From: Candidatus Brocadia sp.
GTDB lineage: Bacteria; Planctomycetota; Brocadiia; Brocadiales; Brocadiaceae
Direction of reading: 5' to 3'
NCBI GenBank assembly: GCA_021650915.1
Contig: CP091279.1
Location: forward strand, 90,001-122,000
Length of the DNA stretch: 32,000 nt
In this document: positions 9,407-18,228 of the stretch, in pieces
Layout: the number at the start of each line of letters is the position of its first letter
Position numbering within the stretch: position 1 is the first letter of the stretch
Notes under the pieces: model-generated
What the model saw: only the letters and a program-made list of their open reading frames with translations
The model's database searches: none
Told to the model about the DNA's origin: nothing
Position numbers and translations under genes: made by a program

Positions 9407-11017
9407 CTATTTTGTCAGAGTTACCTTCTCTATCCTTCCCTCCCGACGCAGTCTTGCTGCCTCTGACTGGATCTTTGTAAACTCCATCATCATAGGCGCC
9501 TGACCCCACCACCAGGATACATCCTGCTGGACGTGCGCAGTGCCCTTGTAACCCTGAAGTTTATACCAGAACCATAACCGGTTGTACATGTTTTCGATAT
9601 TAGACGGATTGTCCTGCTGCTGCAAGAACATGCCATAAACACCCAATATCGGCCCTACGACCGGGAACTTGCCCTTCAGTGTTTTAAAGGCGTTATAAAT
9701 GGGTTCTCCAAGGAATGCCGGACTCAGTTGTTTCTCAATCCCGTCGCTTAAAGGATACGGATCCCTATCTGCGGCGCTGGGATAGAGGTAGCCGTCGGCA
9801 ATCAAGTCTTCAACGATCTTCTGCGCCCTGTCTGCCAGGGTGTGCGCCTGGAACATAAACTCATCCAGCGATTTCAGATAGGTATCGGCAAAACGGTCGC
9901 TGTGGCACTTGGCGCAGACCTCCAACCAATATGACCTCTTGGCAACGTTTTCTTCCGAATAGATATCGATTTTATCTGAAATAATCTTAATCCCATACGG
10001 ATAATCCTTCAGAGAAGAAGTATATTCCAGATTCTTGGGCGGTATCGTACCCATACGCCAGATACCCTTCATGACCGGATTATGAATAAACCGGCCATGC
10101 TTTTCATACATGTGGCAAAACTGGCACGTTGGGGTGCGATAGTCCTTGCCTGGCCTCACTTCTGACAATGGCCTGGTGAAATCAAAATGCTCTTCTTCCT
10201 TATGATAAATTACCCCGTGCTTTGACTCTCCATAGGATTCTGCATCGGGATGATCAGGACCCATGTGGCAGGTTATACAGGCCTCTGGCTGTCTGCCTTC
10301 CGCGGCGCTGAACTTGTGCCGGGTGTGGCATACGTCACATTTTTCTGCACCGGAATGACATAAGTCGCAACCATGTTGGCCATACAGATAACCCCTTCGT
10401 GCAGCCTCTGCATACCAAGGCACGATGGTATTTGCCTCCCATGACTGGACATGATTTGGGCGTCCCACTTCTCTCTCGCGCAGGAAATCGTCAAATTGCG
10501 GCCTGTGACATTCGCCGCATACCTCACCGGTTGGCATCCTGATCTGTTTGGTTTTCGTGTCAGCATGGCAATCGAAACAATGAACTTCATTGAGAATCCT
10601 GTTGGTGCGCTTTTCAATTTCAGACGTTCTTGCAGACAGATAAGGAGTGCTCTTGGGATTCTTGTGACCAGAACTTCTCCAGTCTCTCACAACCCCCGGC
10701 GTTGCTTCCTCATGGCATGTTACGCACAAATCCCTTCTTTCTTTTTCAATAAAGATCGAGTGATCCAGGTTTTTCATGGGTTCGTAGTGCCGGTTTGGCT
10801 GCCAGTACATATCCAGCATCTGCGGTTTGAAATAATCTTTAAATGGTCCGGAACCCTCGCGGAGTCCAACGTTATCTTTATACACTGCCCGGTACCAATC
10901 GGGCGTTCCTTCATACAGGTCCGGCGGCGTTTCCTTCTTGAGTGGTTGTTCGGCTGCCCACGCCACAGAAGTAAACAGCATCGCAGACAGACACAACCCT
11001 ATTCCAAATTTTTTCAT
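9407..11017 (-). CDS. hao: octahaem hydroxylamine-oxidoreductase family protein, Tyr-less (reductive-type, Kustc0458-like)
   Basis: Eight CxxCH motifs: CVTCH, CFDCH, CGECH, CDLCH, CDVCH, CITCH, CQFCH, CAKCH. The HAO signature CDVCHTRHKFSAAEGRQPEACITCHMG is present. Signal peptide MKKFGIGLCLSAMLFTSVAWA. The ORF track starts at 11032, but ATG at 11017 has GGAGG 8 nt upstream. Confidence 0.93.
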   Translation of the reverse strand: MKKFGIGLCLSAMLFTSVAWAAEQPLKKETPPDLYEGTPDWYRAVYKDNVGLREGSGPFKDYFKPQMLDMYWQPNRHYEPMKNLDHSIFIEKERRDLCVTCHEEATPGVVRDWRSSGHKNPKSTPYLSARTSEIEKRTNRILNEVHCFDCHADTKTKQIRMPTGEVCGECHRPQFDDFLREREVGRPNHVQSWEANTIVPWYAEAARRGYLYGQHGCDLCHSGAEKCDVCHTRHKFSAAEGRQPEACITCHMGPDHPDAESYGESKHGVIYHKEEEHFDFTRPLSEVRPGKDYRTPTCQFCHMYEKHGRFIHNPVMKGIWRMGTIPPKNLEYTSSLKDYPYGIKIISDKIDIYSEENVAKRSYWLEVCAKCHSDRFADTYLKSLDEFMFQAHTLADRAQKIVEDLIADGYLYPSAADRDPYPLSDGIEKQLSPAFLGEPIYNAFKTLKGKFPVVGPILGVYGMFLQQQDNPSNIENMYNRLWFWYKLQGYKGTAHVQQDVSWWWGQAPMMMEFTKIQSEAARLRREGRIEKVTLTK

Positions 11018-11048
11018 TTCATTCACCTCCATAGGTATTAGATGCTTT

Positions 11049-11831
11049 TTATCTTTTCGTTTCTTCTGGTTTCACGAGCGACATTACATAATAAGTCAAA
11101 CACCATCTTTGTTCATCGGTAAGTTCCTTGGCAAAAGACGGCATGGGAGTACCGTTCAACCCCGTGGTAAATCTGAGATAAACATCCTGGGCAGAATTTC
11201 CGCCTTTAAACTTTCCCGTCGTAAAATCAAACGGTTTTATCGGGTATCCAAAGTCGTCTTCCTGTTCGGCTGCGCTGGGACCGTCTCCACGGCCTTCAAC
11301 GCCATGACACTTCCAGCACTCCAGTTTTTCCTCGTAAATCTTCTTTCCCTCTGCAAGCGCTCTTTCTGTGGGCCTGAGCGGCAAACCGACGGTAACCGGT
11401 GCGTCGGGTTTCCTGACTTCAAACGCCTCAGAAAAACTCTTCAGGACGGGAATCACCGATACCCGTTGTTCCTCCGTTAAGATGTCCCAGGGAATCATGG
11501 TAGAATTCGGCACTCCATAAGAAATCGTACGGTAAATATCCTCGTCCGTAGGAAGTGAACCACTCGGCGTAGTTCTGAATTTGTAAGCACCTCTCGTAAA
11601 ATCGCGTGGCTTGGGAAGCATCGACCGTGCAAGAGGCCCGTCTCCCTTGCCCTCCTCACCATGACAGGGACTACAATACTTTTTATAGGTATCCTTACCT
11701 AAATCGGTAACCTCTGTTGGTATAGTAACTGCGCTGGCAGTCACCGGCGCTATACTCAGCATCAGCGCTGCGCTTGTTACCGTCGTAGCACACCAAAAGC
11801 CAACCTTATCCAATAAGACCTTAGGTTTCAT
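11049..11831 (-). CDS. secreted dihaem cytochrome c (Kustc0457-like redox partner)
   Basis: 260 aa with a signal peptide. Two class-I-like cytochrome c modules each carry one CxxCH (CSPCHGEEGKGDGP and CWKCHGVEGRGDGP). RBS AAGGAGG is present. The stop is 16-31 nt upstream of the HAO start. Confidence 0.88.
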   Translation of the reverse strand: MKPKVLLDKVGFWCATTVTSAALMLSIAPVTASAVTIPTEVTDLGKDTYKKYCSPCHGEEGKGDGPLARSMLPKPRDFTRGAYKFRTTPSGSLPTDEDIYRTISYGVPNSTMIPWDILTEEQRVSVIPVLKSFSEAFEVRKPDAPVTVGLPLRPTERALAEGKKIYEEKLECWKCHGVEGRGDGPSAAEQEDDFGYPIKPFDFTTGKFKGGNSAQDVYLRFTTGLNGTPMPSFAKELTDEQRWCLTYYVMSLVKPEETKR

Positions 11832-11904
11832 ATCGCCTATCCTCCTTTCCGATTGCCATTGTTATAAACTCCAACACATTCTCCTTTTCAATACACGTGC
11901 CTCT

Positions 11905-12642
11905 TCATTTCTCATAGTAAACAAATTCTATTGTTGTGGTTTCTTTCGGCTGTACCGTTACCTCCTTTTCTAAATTTCCTAACTCTTCATGCCATACCTG
12001 GAATGTATAAGTTCCGGGCGGGATATCACAAATTTCAAAATAGCCGTTTCTATCGGTCATATCAAAATAGGGGTGGTCAAGGACGACAATCCATGCGGAC
12101 GCGTTTTTATGAAGATCGCACGTTACCTTAATAATTTCCGGGTAATCAAATTTTTTTGATATCCGCTGTTTGTACGTGGTGCCCAGGTTAAAAGGCTGAT
12201 TCCTGGTTGACCTGGTATGAATATTATGCAGTTCCTCGTCGCCATTGAGGAAATCAACCGTGGTGCCTGACACAATCGCAATTACATGAGGAATAAAATA
12301 ATTGTTTTGCTGGTCTATTATGGGACGGATTACAGGTAGTGCCTTTTTCTTCCCCTGGCTAATATTGGGAAGAGCAACAACGGCGTTTTTTAACCCGTTA
12401 TTTATCTTGCTAAAGATCAGTTTTTCAGAAGTGGCTTTCGAGGTGTCAGATAATTCCCAATCACGATAAAGATTTAGTCCCACAGCTGTCAACTCACCCC
12501 TATATTTAACATGGCCAATAACCGTACCACCATCGGTAACTTCTTTCTCGGTATAATTTTTCCCGGCTAGTATAGCCTTTGAAGGTACAAAATTACAACA
12601 GAAAAATGCAAAAAGGATAATAAAAAAGCGCGTTTGTTTCAT
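11905..12642 (-). CDS. secreted cupredoxin-like domain plus carboxypeptidase-regulatory-like (prealbumin fold) domain protein
   Basis: 245 aa with signal peptide MKQTRFFIILFAFFCCNFVPSKAILA. The plastocyanin-like core is GTTVDFLNGDEELHNIH ... VTCDLHKNASAWIVV, which gives His and C-x2-H ligands but Ala where the axial Met is expected. The C-terminal segment YFDMTDRNGYFEICDIPPGTYTFQVWHEELG is typical of the CarboxypepD_reg-like fold. Confidence 0.7.
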   Translation of the reverse strand: MKQTRFFIILFAFFCCNFVPSKAILAGKNYTEKEVTDGGTVIGHVKYRGELTAVGLNLYRDWELSDTSKATSEKLIFSKINNGLKNAVVALPNISQGKKKALPVIRPIIDQQNNYFIPHVIAIVSGTTVDFLNGDEELHNIHTRSTRNQPFNLGTTYKQRISKKFDYPEIIKVTCDLHKNASAWIVVLDHPYFDMTDRNGYFEICDIPPGTYTFQVWHEELGNLEKEVTVQPKETTTIEFVYYEK

Positions 12643-12773
12643 AAAATTTAAGGTTAAGAAAAGTTTAAAGGTTAAGAGTCTCCGCCCGTTTTACTTACGG
12701 AGAGTGACACCGTTTGTTATTCCGAGCGAAACGAAGAATCTAATTTAAACGTATAGGAATTTCAATGTTTATT

Positions 12774-12848
12774 GTAGGGGCGAAGCATTTGCTGATATCA
12801 AATTTGAATGTCATCTTGTATCCTGGACAGCAAATGCTTCGCCCCTAC
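12774..12848. repeat. hairpin repeat: perfect 21-bp stem GTAGGGGCGAAGCATTTGCTG / CAGCAAATGCTTCGCCCCTAC with a 33-nt loop
   Basis: Perfect inverted repeat read directly from the sequence. It has the same stem sequence as 1394..1461 but an unrelated loop. Confidence 0.85.
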
Positions 12849-13128
12849 GTGTGACCGTAAACAAAGTTGCCGAAGGCCTATTTAATAAATGTGGTTTATA
12901 CAAATAATAAAGTTTACTGACTAATGACAAAAACTGTTCCTACTTATGAGAAAAATAGAAAAAGAAGAAAATATCTTCTAAGTAATAAATTTCATTTGTA
13001 CTTAAATATTTATATACCCATGGGTTTTTCCTGAAGGGTGTCCTCCGGGCAATTTCATGAATGAAACGATGTTTTCATAATATAACGCTGGCTGCAAAAA
13101 TTAAACGCCTCTTTCCGATGCGATGCGC

Positions 13129-15240
13129 CTATTTACGGAAAGATCGCCGAAGCGGACTGTCCGTCACTGCAAAGACTCCCTTGTCAATGTTCTTTCCATC
13201 AGTAAAGGCCAGGTAGCTATACTTTCCATAATGAGGGATTTTAAATCCGGTCTTGGCAATCGCATCTGCACTGAGTCCGGCAAAGAAGATGACGCCTTTG
13301 GTCTTGTCCCTGGCATTTCTGGAGCTTACGAGGACGGCGTTACCCTTTTCCTGATACCTTACCTTGTTCACCACAAATGTCCCTTCTCCAAACGAGAAAT
13401 CCTCTGGCAAATTTTCCATGAGTCTCTTCGTAAGCTTGTTTTCTGTCGGCCCGCCTAAAATGAACAGGCTTTTTTGGGTGATTTCAGCCTCCGTAATCCC
13501 GGTATCCGGCTTTACAAGGCCCTTTTTGGTTACAAAGGATTCCGCAAGATTCTTGTATGCTTCCTGCAAAGACCGTTCACCGCTTGTCGGATACACGACA
13601 ACCGTTTCATTGTCTCCCAAAACGAAATCTATGGTTGTCGGAATTTCCTCAATGTGGAGACGCCTGAACACCTCGTAGTGCGGGTCTATTGCAAGGGATT
13701 GCGGTTCAGATTGTGTCTGAATCGAAATGACTTCTGACTGCCCCTTTACCTCCACAATCGTATGATAATTTCCCTCAGCAAGCTCCAGGTGTACCGGCAG
13801 GGAGATCTGATAGGCATGATCTTTCTGAATGACCTCCATCCTGGTCACCCAGCCATCTTTGACCTTTTCAACCTCCGTTTTCCCCAATGTAAGAAAAGGA
13901 GCGTCCGCCTGGTTAATCCACTGTTCAAAGAACCAGGACAGGTCTCTTTTTCCGGCATCTTCAAACACGCGCCGGATGTCTTTCCAGCCCGCCTTTTTCC
14001 AGATATGGCCCCGGTAAAGGCTTCTCAGAGATTGGTAAAACACCTCATCGCCCACCATCCGCCTCAGCATATGGAAGACCATTGCGGTCTTCCCGTATCC
14101 AATAGCCCTGGTTGCCTGATCTCTCCTGCCAATGAAATTTTTTAAGGGAAAATCGTTTTTCCCCGTAACGTAATTGGTGTACTTTCTGCATATATCATTG
14201 CGATACTCTTCGGCGGAGGCGTTATCCTTGAGTTCCTTATAATAATAATCCGCCATATAGGTGGTCAGTCCTTCACACCAGTTCCCCTGAGATTCGTCCA
14301 CAAAGACGGAGTTGCCCCACCAATTGTGCAATATCTCATGGCCCAGGGAGGTATCCACGATGAAAGGCATTTTTACTACGCTATTCCCCAGCAGGGTAAA
14401 CGAAGGCATTCCGTATCCTGTCTGGAAGAAATTTTCCACGATAGCAAACTTTTTGTACGGATAATCGCCTAGGAGCTTTTGGTACATATCCAGATAACGC
14501 TTTGTGGCATTGACATAGGTTTCCACAAGGCCTTGTTCTTCGGGGAAAAAATAAGCGTATATATCAATACCGTTGTGATTAACACTCGTCACGGTATATC
14601 TTCCGGCCACAAGGTCGCATCCCTCTGACACGTTCTTTTCTTCCCAGGTGGTATACGTCTTGCCGTCAACCGATCTCCTGCTTATCAGCGCACCCAGCGT
14701 TACAGCCTCATATCCTTCCGGAGTCGTAACGGTTACGGTAAAAGCCGCCAGAGAACCTGGGGTATCCGGATACCACAGGCATGCAGGACTCAGGTAAACC
14801 CCAGCTTCGTCAATAATACCCGTCACCCCGCCAACGTCCTCCAGTTCCAACGAGGCTGGCTTTTCAAAAAGATGCCCCTCATATGCAATATCCAGAACCA
14901 CGCTGTCGGCCTGCCTCAAATCCGACGGTATTGTAATCTCCAGAAAATAACCGTCTCCCTTACGGATAGTTTTGAAAGCTAATTTCTTGTTTGATGAGCC
15001 AACGGACAGTACCTGGAATGCCCCATTGATAAGACACGAAAACCTTTCCTCATTCCTTGCTTGAACCCGCATATGGTCAACGGCCATGAGCTTGTGCTCA
15101 TTCAGATACAGCTCAATTTCTATATTGTGGCTGAGAATTTTATCTTCGCGATACTCTTTGGCCCAGAGAGTAGATATTGTCATCATGAACAAAATGAACA
15201 AGAACGGAAAAACACATTTTGTTTGCCTGATTTTTGGCAT
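13129..15240 (-). CDS. M1-family zinc metallopeptidase (aminopeptidase N-like), secreted
   Basis: Zinc site HEILHNWWGN-x-WCEGLTTY (HExxH plus a downstream Glu). Signal peptide MPKIRQTKCVFPFLFILFMMTISTLWA. The ORF track starts at 15267, but ATG at 15240 is preceded by AAGGAG at a spacing of 7 nt. Confidence 0.88.
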   Translation of the reverse strand: MPKIRQTKCVFPFLFILFMMTISTLWAKEYREDKILSHNIEIELYLNEHKLMAVDHMRVQARNEERFSCLINGAFQVLSVGSSNKKLAFKTIRKGDGYFLEITIPSDLRQADSVVLDIAYEGHLFEKPASLELEDVGGVTGIIDEAGVYLSPACLWYPDTPGSLAAFTVTVTTPEGYEAVTLGALISRRSVDGKTYTTWEEKNVSEGCDLVAGRYTVTSVNHNGIDIYAYFFPEEQGLVETYVNATKRYLDMYQKLLGDYPYKKFAIVENFFQTGYGMPSFTLLGNSVVKMPFIVDTSLGHEILHNWWGNSVFVDESQGNWCEGLTTYMADYYYKELKDNASAEEYRNDICRKYTNYVTGKNDFPLKNFIGRRDQATRAIGYGKTAMVFHMLRRMVGDEVFYQSLRSLYRGHIWKKAGWKDIRRVFEDAGKRDLSWFFEQWINQADAPFLTLGKTEVEKVKDGWVTRMEVIQKDHAYQISLPVHLELAEGNYHTIVEVKGQSEVISIQTQSEPQSLAIDPHYEVFRRLHIEEIPTTIDFVLGDNETVVVYPTSGERSLQEAYKNLAESFVTKKGLVKPDTGITEAEITQKSLFILGGPTENKLTKRLMENLPEDFSFGEGTFVVNKVRYQEKGNAVLVSSRNARDKTKGVIFFAGLSADAIAKTGFKIPHYGKYSYLAFTDGKNIDKGVFAVTDSPLRRSFRK

Positions 15241-15616
15241 ATCACCACTCCTTGAAAAACGTATCATGATTCGCTCCGTCTTTTTGCCGTGATTGTACAG
15301 GTATAACGCACACAGCCGCGACTCAATGTCCCCGTAGAAAAAGGGGTAAAGAGGGTTGTGGAAACTTGCAAAAAAAGATTATCGTTCATAAGTCAATCTA
15401 ACGGGATTGCCTTGAAACCAGTGAATAATCAAATTAAACTATATCTTAAAGGAAAAAGATTGAAAAAGCTTGCAATTTTTTTCCTTTTTCTTTAACATTA
15501 TTTTTTTGTTATCTCGGCGTGTAAAAGGTAATTTTCTATCATCGATGTCATGTAGTCGGTCTCTCCGCGAAAGGAAAGTGATTGCCTGAAGCCCGAATCC
15601 ATGCAAGAATACCGCT

Positions 15617-15835
15617 ATGGCAGCAAATAGTGGCGATCCCATTGATCTTAATGTGTTGGCAAGCAAGTTTCGTCTGTGGCGGGCACAGCACAAAACACCT
15701 GGCACGGTTGTCGATGCCCATCGGGAAGTTATGCTGGAGCGAGTGGCCCAATCAATGACATTCGAAGGTGAACCGATTACGGTGTCTCGTCTTAAAATTC
15801 TGTTAGACCAATGGGCGAAGAAGCAGGGCAGTTAG
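15617..15835 (+). CDS. VbhA/FicA-like antitoxin carrying the inhibitory (S/T)xxxE(G/N) helix motif
   Basis: 72 aa. The motif S46-MTF-E50-G51 (AQSMTFEGEP, nt 15752..15769) matches the Fic-inhibitory alpha-inh consensus. The gene overlaps the downstream Fic gene by 25 nt. Confidence 0.75.
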   Translation: MAANSGDPIDLNVLASKFRLWRAQHKTPGTVVDAHREVMLERVAQSMTFEGEPITVSRLKILLDQWAKKQGS

Positions 15836-16413
15836 GATCAACCAGGTCGTTTGAGACTGTTGAAGGCGCGCTTACCTATCCGGAAGTCTCAGAAAAGCTT
15901 GCCGTCTCACTAGCACAGATTCTTGCACGGCTTTTAAAGACCCCACCGCACGAGATCATCATCACACCCGAGTGGCTTTGCCGGAAACATCAGGAGCTTG
16001 CCGGACACCTCTTCCCTGAATGGGCTGGCCGATTTCGTACAACGAACGTGATGGTTGGAACGCTGGAACCTCCGGCTTATTATAAAGTGCCGCTTCTCGT
16101 GCACTCTTTCTGCGATGATTTGGCCGAGCGGTTGCGACATGTGGACGAAGGCAATCTGCCTGATATAGCAGCGTTTCTTGCTTGGGTGGACTGGCGATTT
16201 CAATGGGTTCACCCCTTCAAAGATTTCAACGGTCGCATTGGCCGCCTGGCGCTCGCCGCACTTCTTTACAAGCTTGCCCTGCCCCCTGTTGAGACCGCAC
16301 CAACGGAACCTGAGATGCGTCGTGAATATCTTGAAGCCCTGCGAGCCGGAGATGCGGGAAATCTCGACCCGCTTCAAAAAATATGGATCCGGCGACTCGG
16401 AGAAGCAATCTAG
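15811..16413 (+). CDS. Fic-domain protein (class I FicT/VbhT-like toxin) with a variant active-site motif
   Basis: 200 aa. The Fic core motif is HPFKDFNGRIGR at residues 134-145 (nt 16210..16245); the consensus is HxFx(D/E)GNGRxxR. An upstream WAGRFRTTNV element is typical of Fic folds. No internal alpha-inh motif was seen. Confidence 0.85.
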   Translation: MGEEAGQLGSTRSFETVEGALTYPEVSEKLAVSLAQILARLLKTPPHEIIITPEWLCRKHQELAGHLFPEWAGRFRTTNVMVGTLEPPAYYKVPLLVHSFCDDLAERLRHVDEGNLPDIAAFLAWVDWRFQWVHPFKDFNGRIGRLALAALLYKLALPPVETAPTEPEMRREYLEALRAGDAGNLDPLQKIWIRRLGEAI

Positions 16414-16518
16414 TGTAGAGATATATTAATAACGAAACATATAAGTGCTGTTTTGCAGCGCGATATAACTATAATTGTCCACAATATATAATTCGTAATT
16501 AATATGTCTTTGCACTAG
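16410..16518 (+). repeat. 109-bp palindromic MITE-like element, copy 1
   Basis: About 90% identical to 18229..18337. Termini are CTAGTGTAGAGATATATTAATAACGAA ... TTCGTAATTAATATGTCTTTGCACTAG. It overlaps the TAG stop of the Fic gene (16411-16413). Confidence 0.8.
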
Positions 16519-16817
16519 TCCAGATTTTCTGGTGCAGAGGATGATTGGTTGTAGGACGACGAGCCTCATCGCTCTACATTGAGAAGGGCGCCAAAAACCT
16601 AACTTGATGTATAGGAATTTCAACCTTTTGGCTCCTGCCTTACCCACCCCCAATCCCTCTTTTTAGAGGGGAGATGAAAAGCCGCTGCCGAAGGCAGCCT
16701 AATTAAATGCAGCAGACATCTTTAACAGATTATAGAGAGAGTTGAAGCCGATTGTAGGCAATAAAAATTCGATCCTTTTGTGCCTCCCGGTAAATAACTT
16801 AAGGAAAAGAGAAAAGG

Positions 16818-18122
16818 ATGACAAGACTACCAGACAGCAAAGTTAAGCAAGCCATTCTCCATCCTGAAAGAGAAGTCAGGTATGTGGCCATAAAATATTT
16901 CTCAGACTCATTTAGCAACGACACGGGTGTCATGCCTGTTGTAATTGACGCTATTGAAAAATACGGATGGGAACATTCGTATTCAATCGTTGGGTGTGCG
17001 AGCAGTTTACCACAAACCGATGAGACTATTCACTGGGCACTGAACGAATTAAGCAGAGGCATCAACAAGGCGGACATGGATCAGGTCAATTATTTCTATA
17101 ACCTGAGCAGAGTTTTGGCAGGAGCCGATCCTGGCATGTTGCTTCAACACAAAGCTGAAATAATGGAGTCCGGCGGCCTGTCTGCTGATTTCAAGAAAAA
17201 CAATATGAAACGCATCGATATGCTTTCATGGGATGGTGACGTTTGCTGGAATGCCCTGGAAGATTTTTGCAATGTAAACAAAACCAAACGGTACATTAAT
17301 GAGGTTAATCTTGGTTATGCGTTTCAAATAATAGAAGCCCTGTCAAGAGTTGGAGAAAGATATTGTGATCGTATTGTTTCTCGCCTTGCTGAAGAAATAA
17401 AAGATTTTGAGAATAACCCGACGAAATGGATGACACCTCTGATAGTAGCTTTGGCCGGTAAAATGCGATTAACGTCTGCCGTTCCCCTTATCATCGAAAA
17501 ACTTAAAATTGACAGCGATTTTCTGGCAGAAGAATGTATGTTCGCATTGTCCAGGATTGGAACTGACTCCGTTATTGAAGCAGTGTCTGATGTGTTTTCT
17601 GACACAGATTCACACTTTCGGTCTTACGCATCCGGTATTTTTAGGCGCATTCATTCGGACTTATCGGTAAAAAGGTCACTTGCGTTTTTAGAGAAAGAAG
17701 AGGACTATGGAATCAGGACAATGCTTGGCATGGCGTTATTAAATAATTTTGCATACGATGGATTGGAAATCGTTCGCAAACTTATAATTGATGAAATCTA
17801 TGAGCCTTTTATAACTGATTTGCAGGAGGATTTGATAATTGCATGCACTATCATGGAAGAAAGAATCCCCGAGTATGAAGAGTGGAAAGAGGCCGTTGGT
17901 CAAAGACGGGCTAAAGCGGAAGAAAGGAAAAGGAATTTCTTTGGAAAATTGCCACGGAGCGGGCGGGATGAAGGTGTTGATTACCATACCTCAGGGGATA
18001 CCACGCAAAACGATCAAAAAACGCACACTATTTTCAGGGATGCTCCTAAAATCGGCAGAAATGAACCTTGTCCGTGTGGAAGTGGGAAGAAATATAAAAA
18101 GTGCTGTCTTGGGAAGGCGTAG
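16818..18122 (+). CDS. HEAT/ARM-like repeat protein with a C-terminal SEC-C metal-binding motif
   Basis: 434 aa. The body is helical-repeat-like (for example [40 protein letters not shown]). The C-terminus [18 protein letters not shown] is the SEC-C motif. Confidence 0.8.
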   Translation: MTRLPDSKVKQAILHPEREVRYVAIKYFSDSFSNDTGVMPVVIDAIEKYGWEHSYSIVGCASSLPQTDETIHWALNELSRGINKADMDQVNYFYNLSRVLAGADPGMLLQHKAEIMESGGLSADFKKNNMKRIDMLSWDGDVCWNALEDFCNVNKTKRYINEVNLGYAFQIIEALSRVGERYCDRIVSRLAEEIKDFENNPTKWMTPLIVALAGKMRLTSAVPLIIEKLKIDSDFLAEECMFALSRIGTDSVIEAVSDVFSDTDSHFRSYASGIFRRIHSDLSVKRSLAFLEKEEDYGIRTMLGMALLNNFAYDGLEIVRKLIIDEIYEPFITDLQEDLIIACTIMEERIPEYEEWKEAVGQRRAKAEERKRNFFGKLPRSGRDEGVDYHTSGDTTQNDQKTHTIFRDAPKIGRNEPCPCGSGKKYKKCCLGKA

Positions 18123-18228
18123 TAATAGTGAGTGTTATGAGCAAACCTGCGGACCACGCGGCACGGACGGTTAGTATTATTGCCCGGCTTGAAAATGCCT
18201 TTTCCTGGGAAAATACTATTACCTAAAC

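Noticed and set aside
9268-9480. 70-aa plus-strand ORF spanning the HAO terminator and the 3' end of the HAO gene
   Set aside because: It runs through a terminator hairpin and overlaps the well-supported minus-strand HAO gene. It has no motifs.
12751-12765. 15-nt exact repeat GTATAGGAATTTCAA, also at 16609..16623, with a partial reverse-complement match near 30733; considered as CRISPR-repeat or element debris
   Set aside because: There are only two full copies 3.8 kb apart, with no regular spacing and no extended similarity beyond 15 nt. A match of this length is about what chance predicts in 32 kb when both strands are considered.
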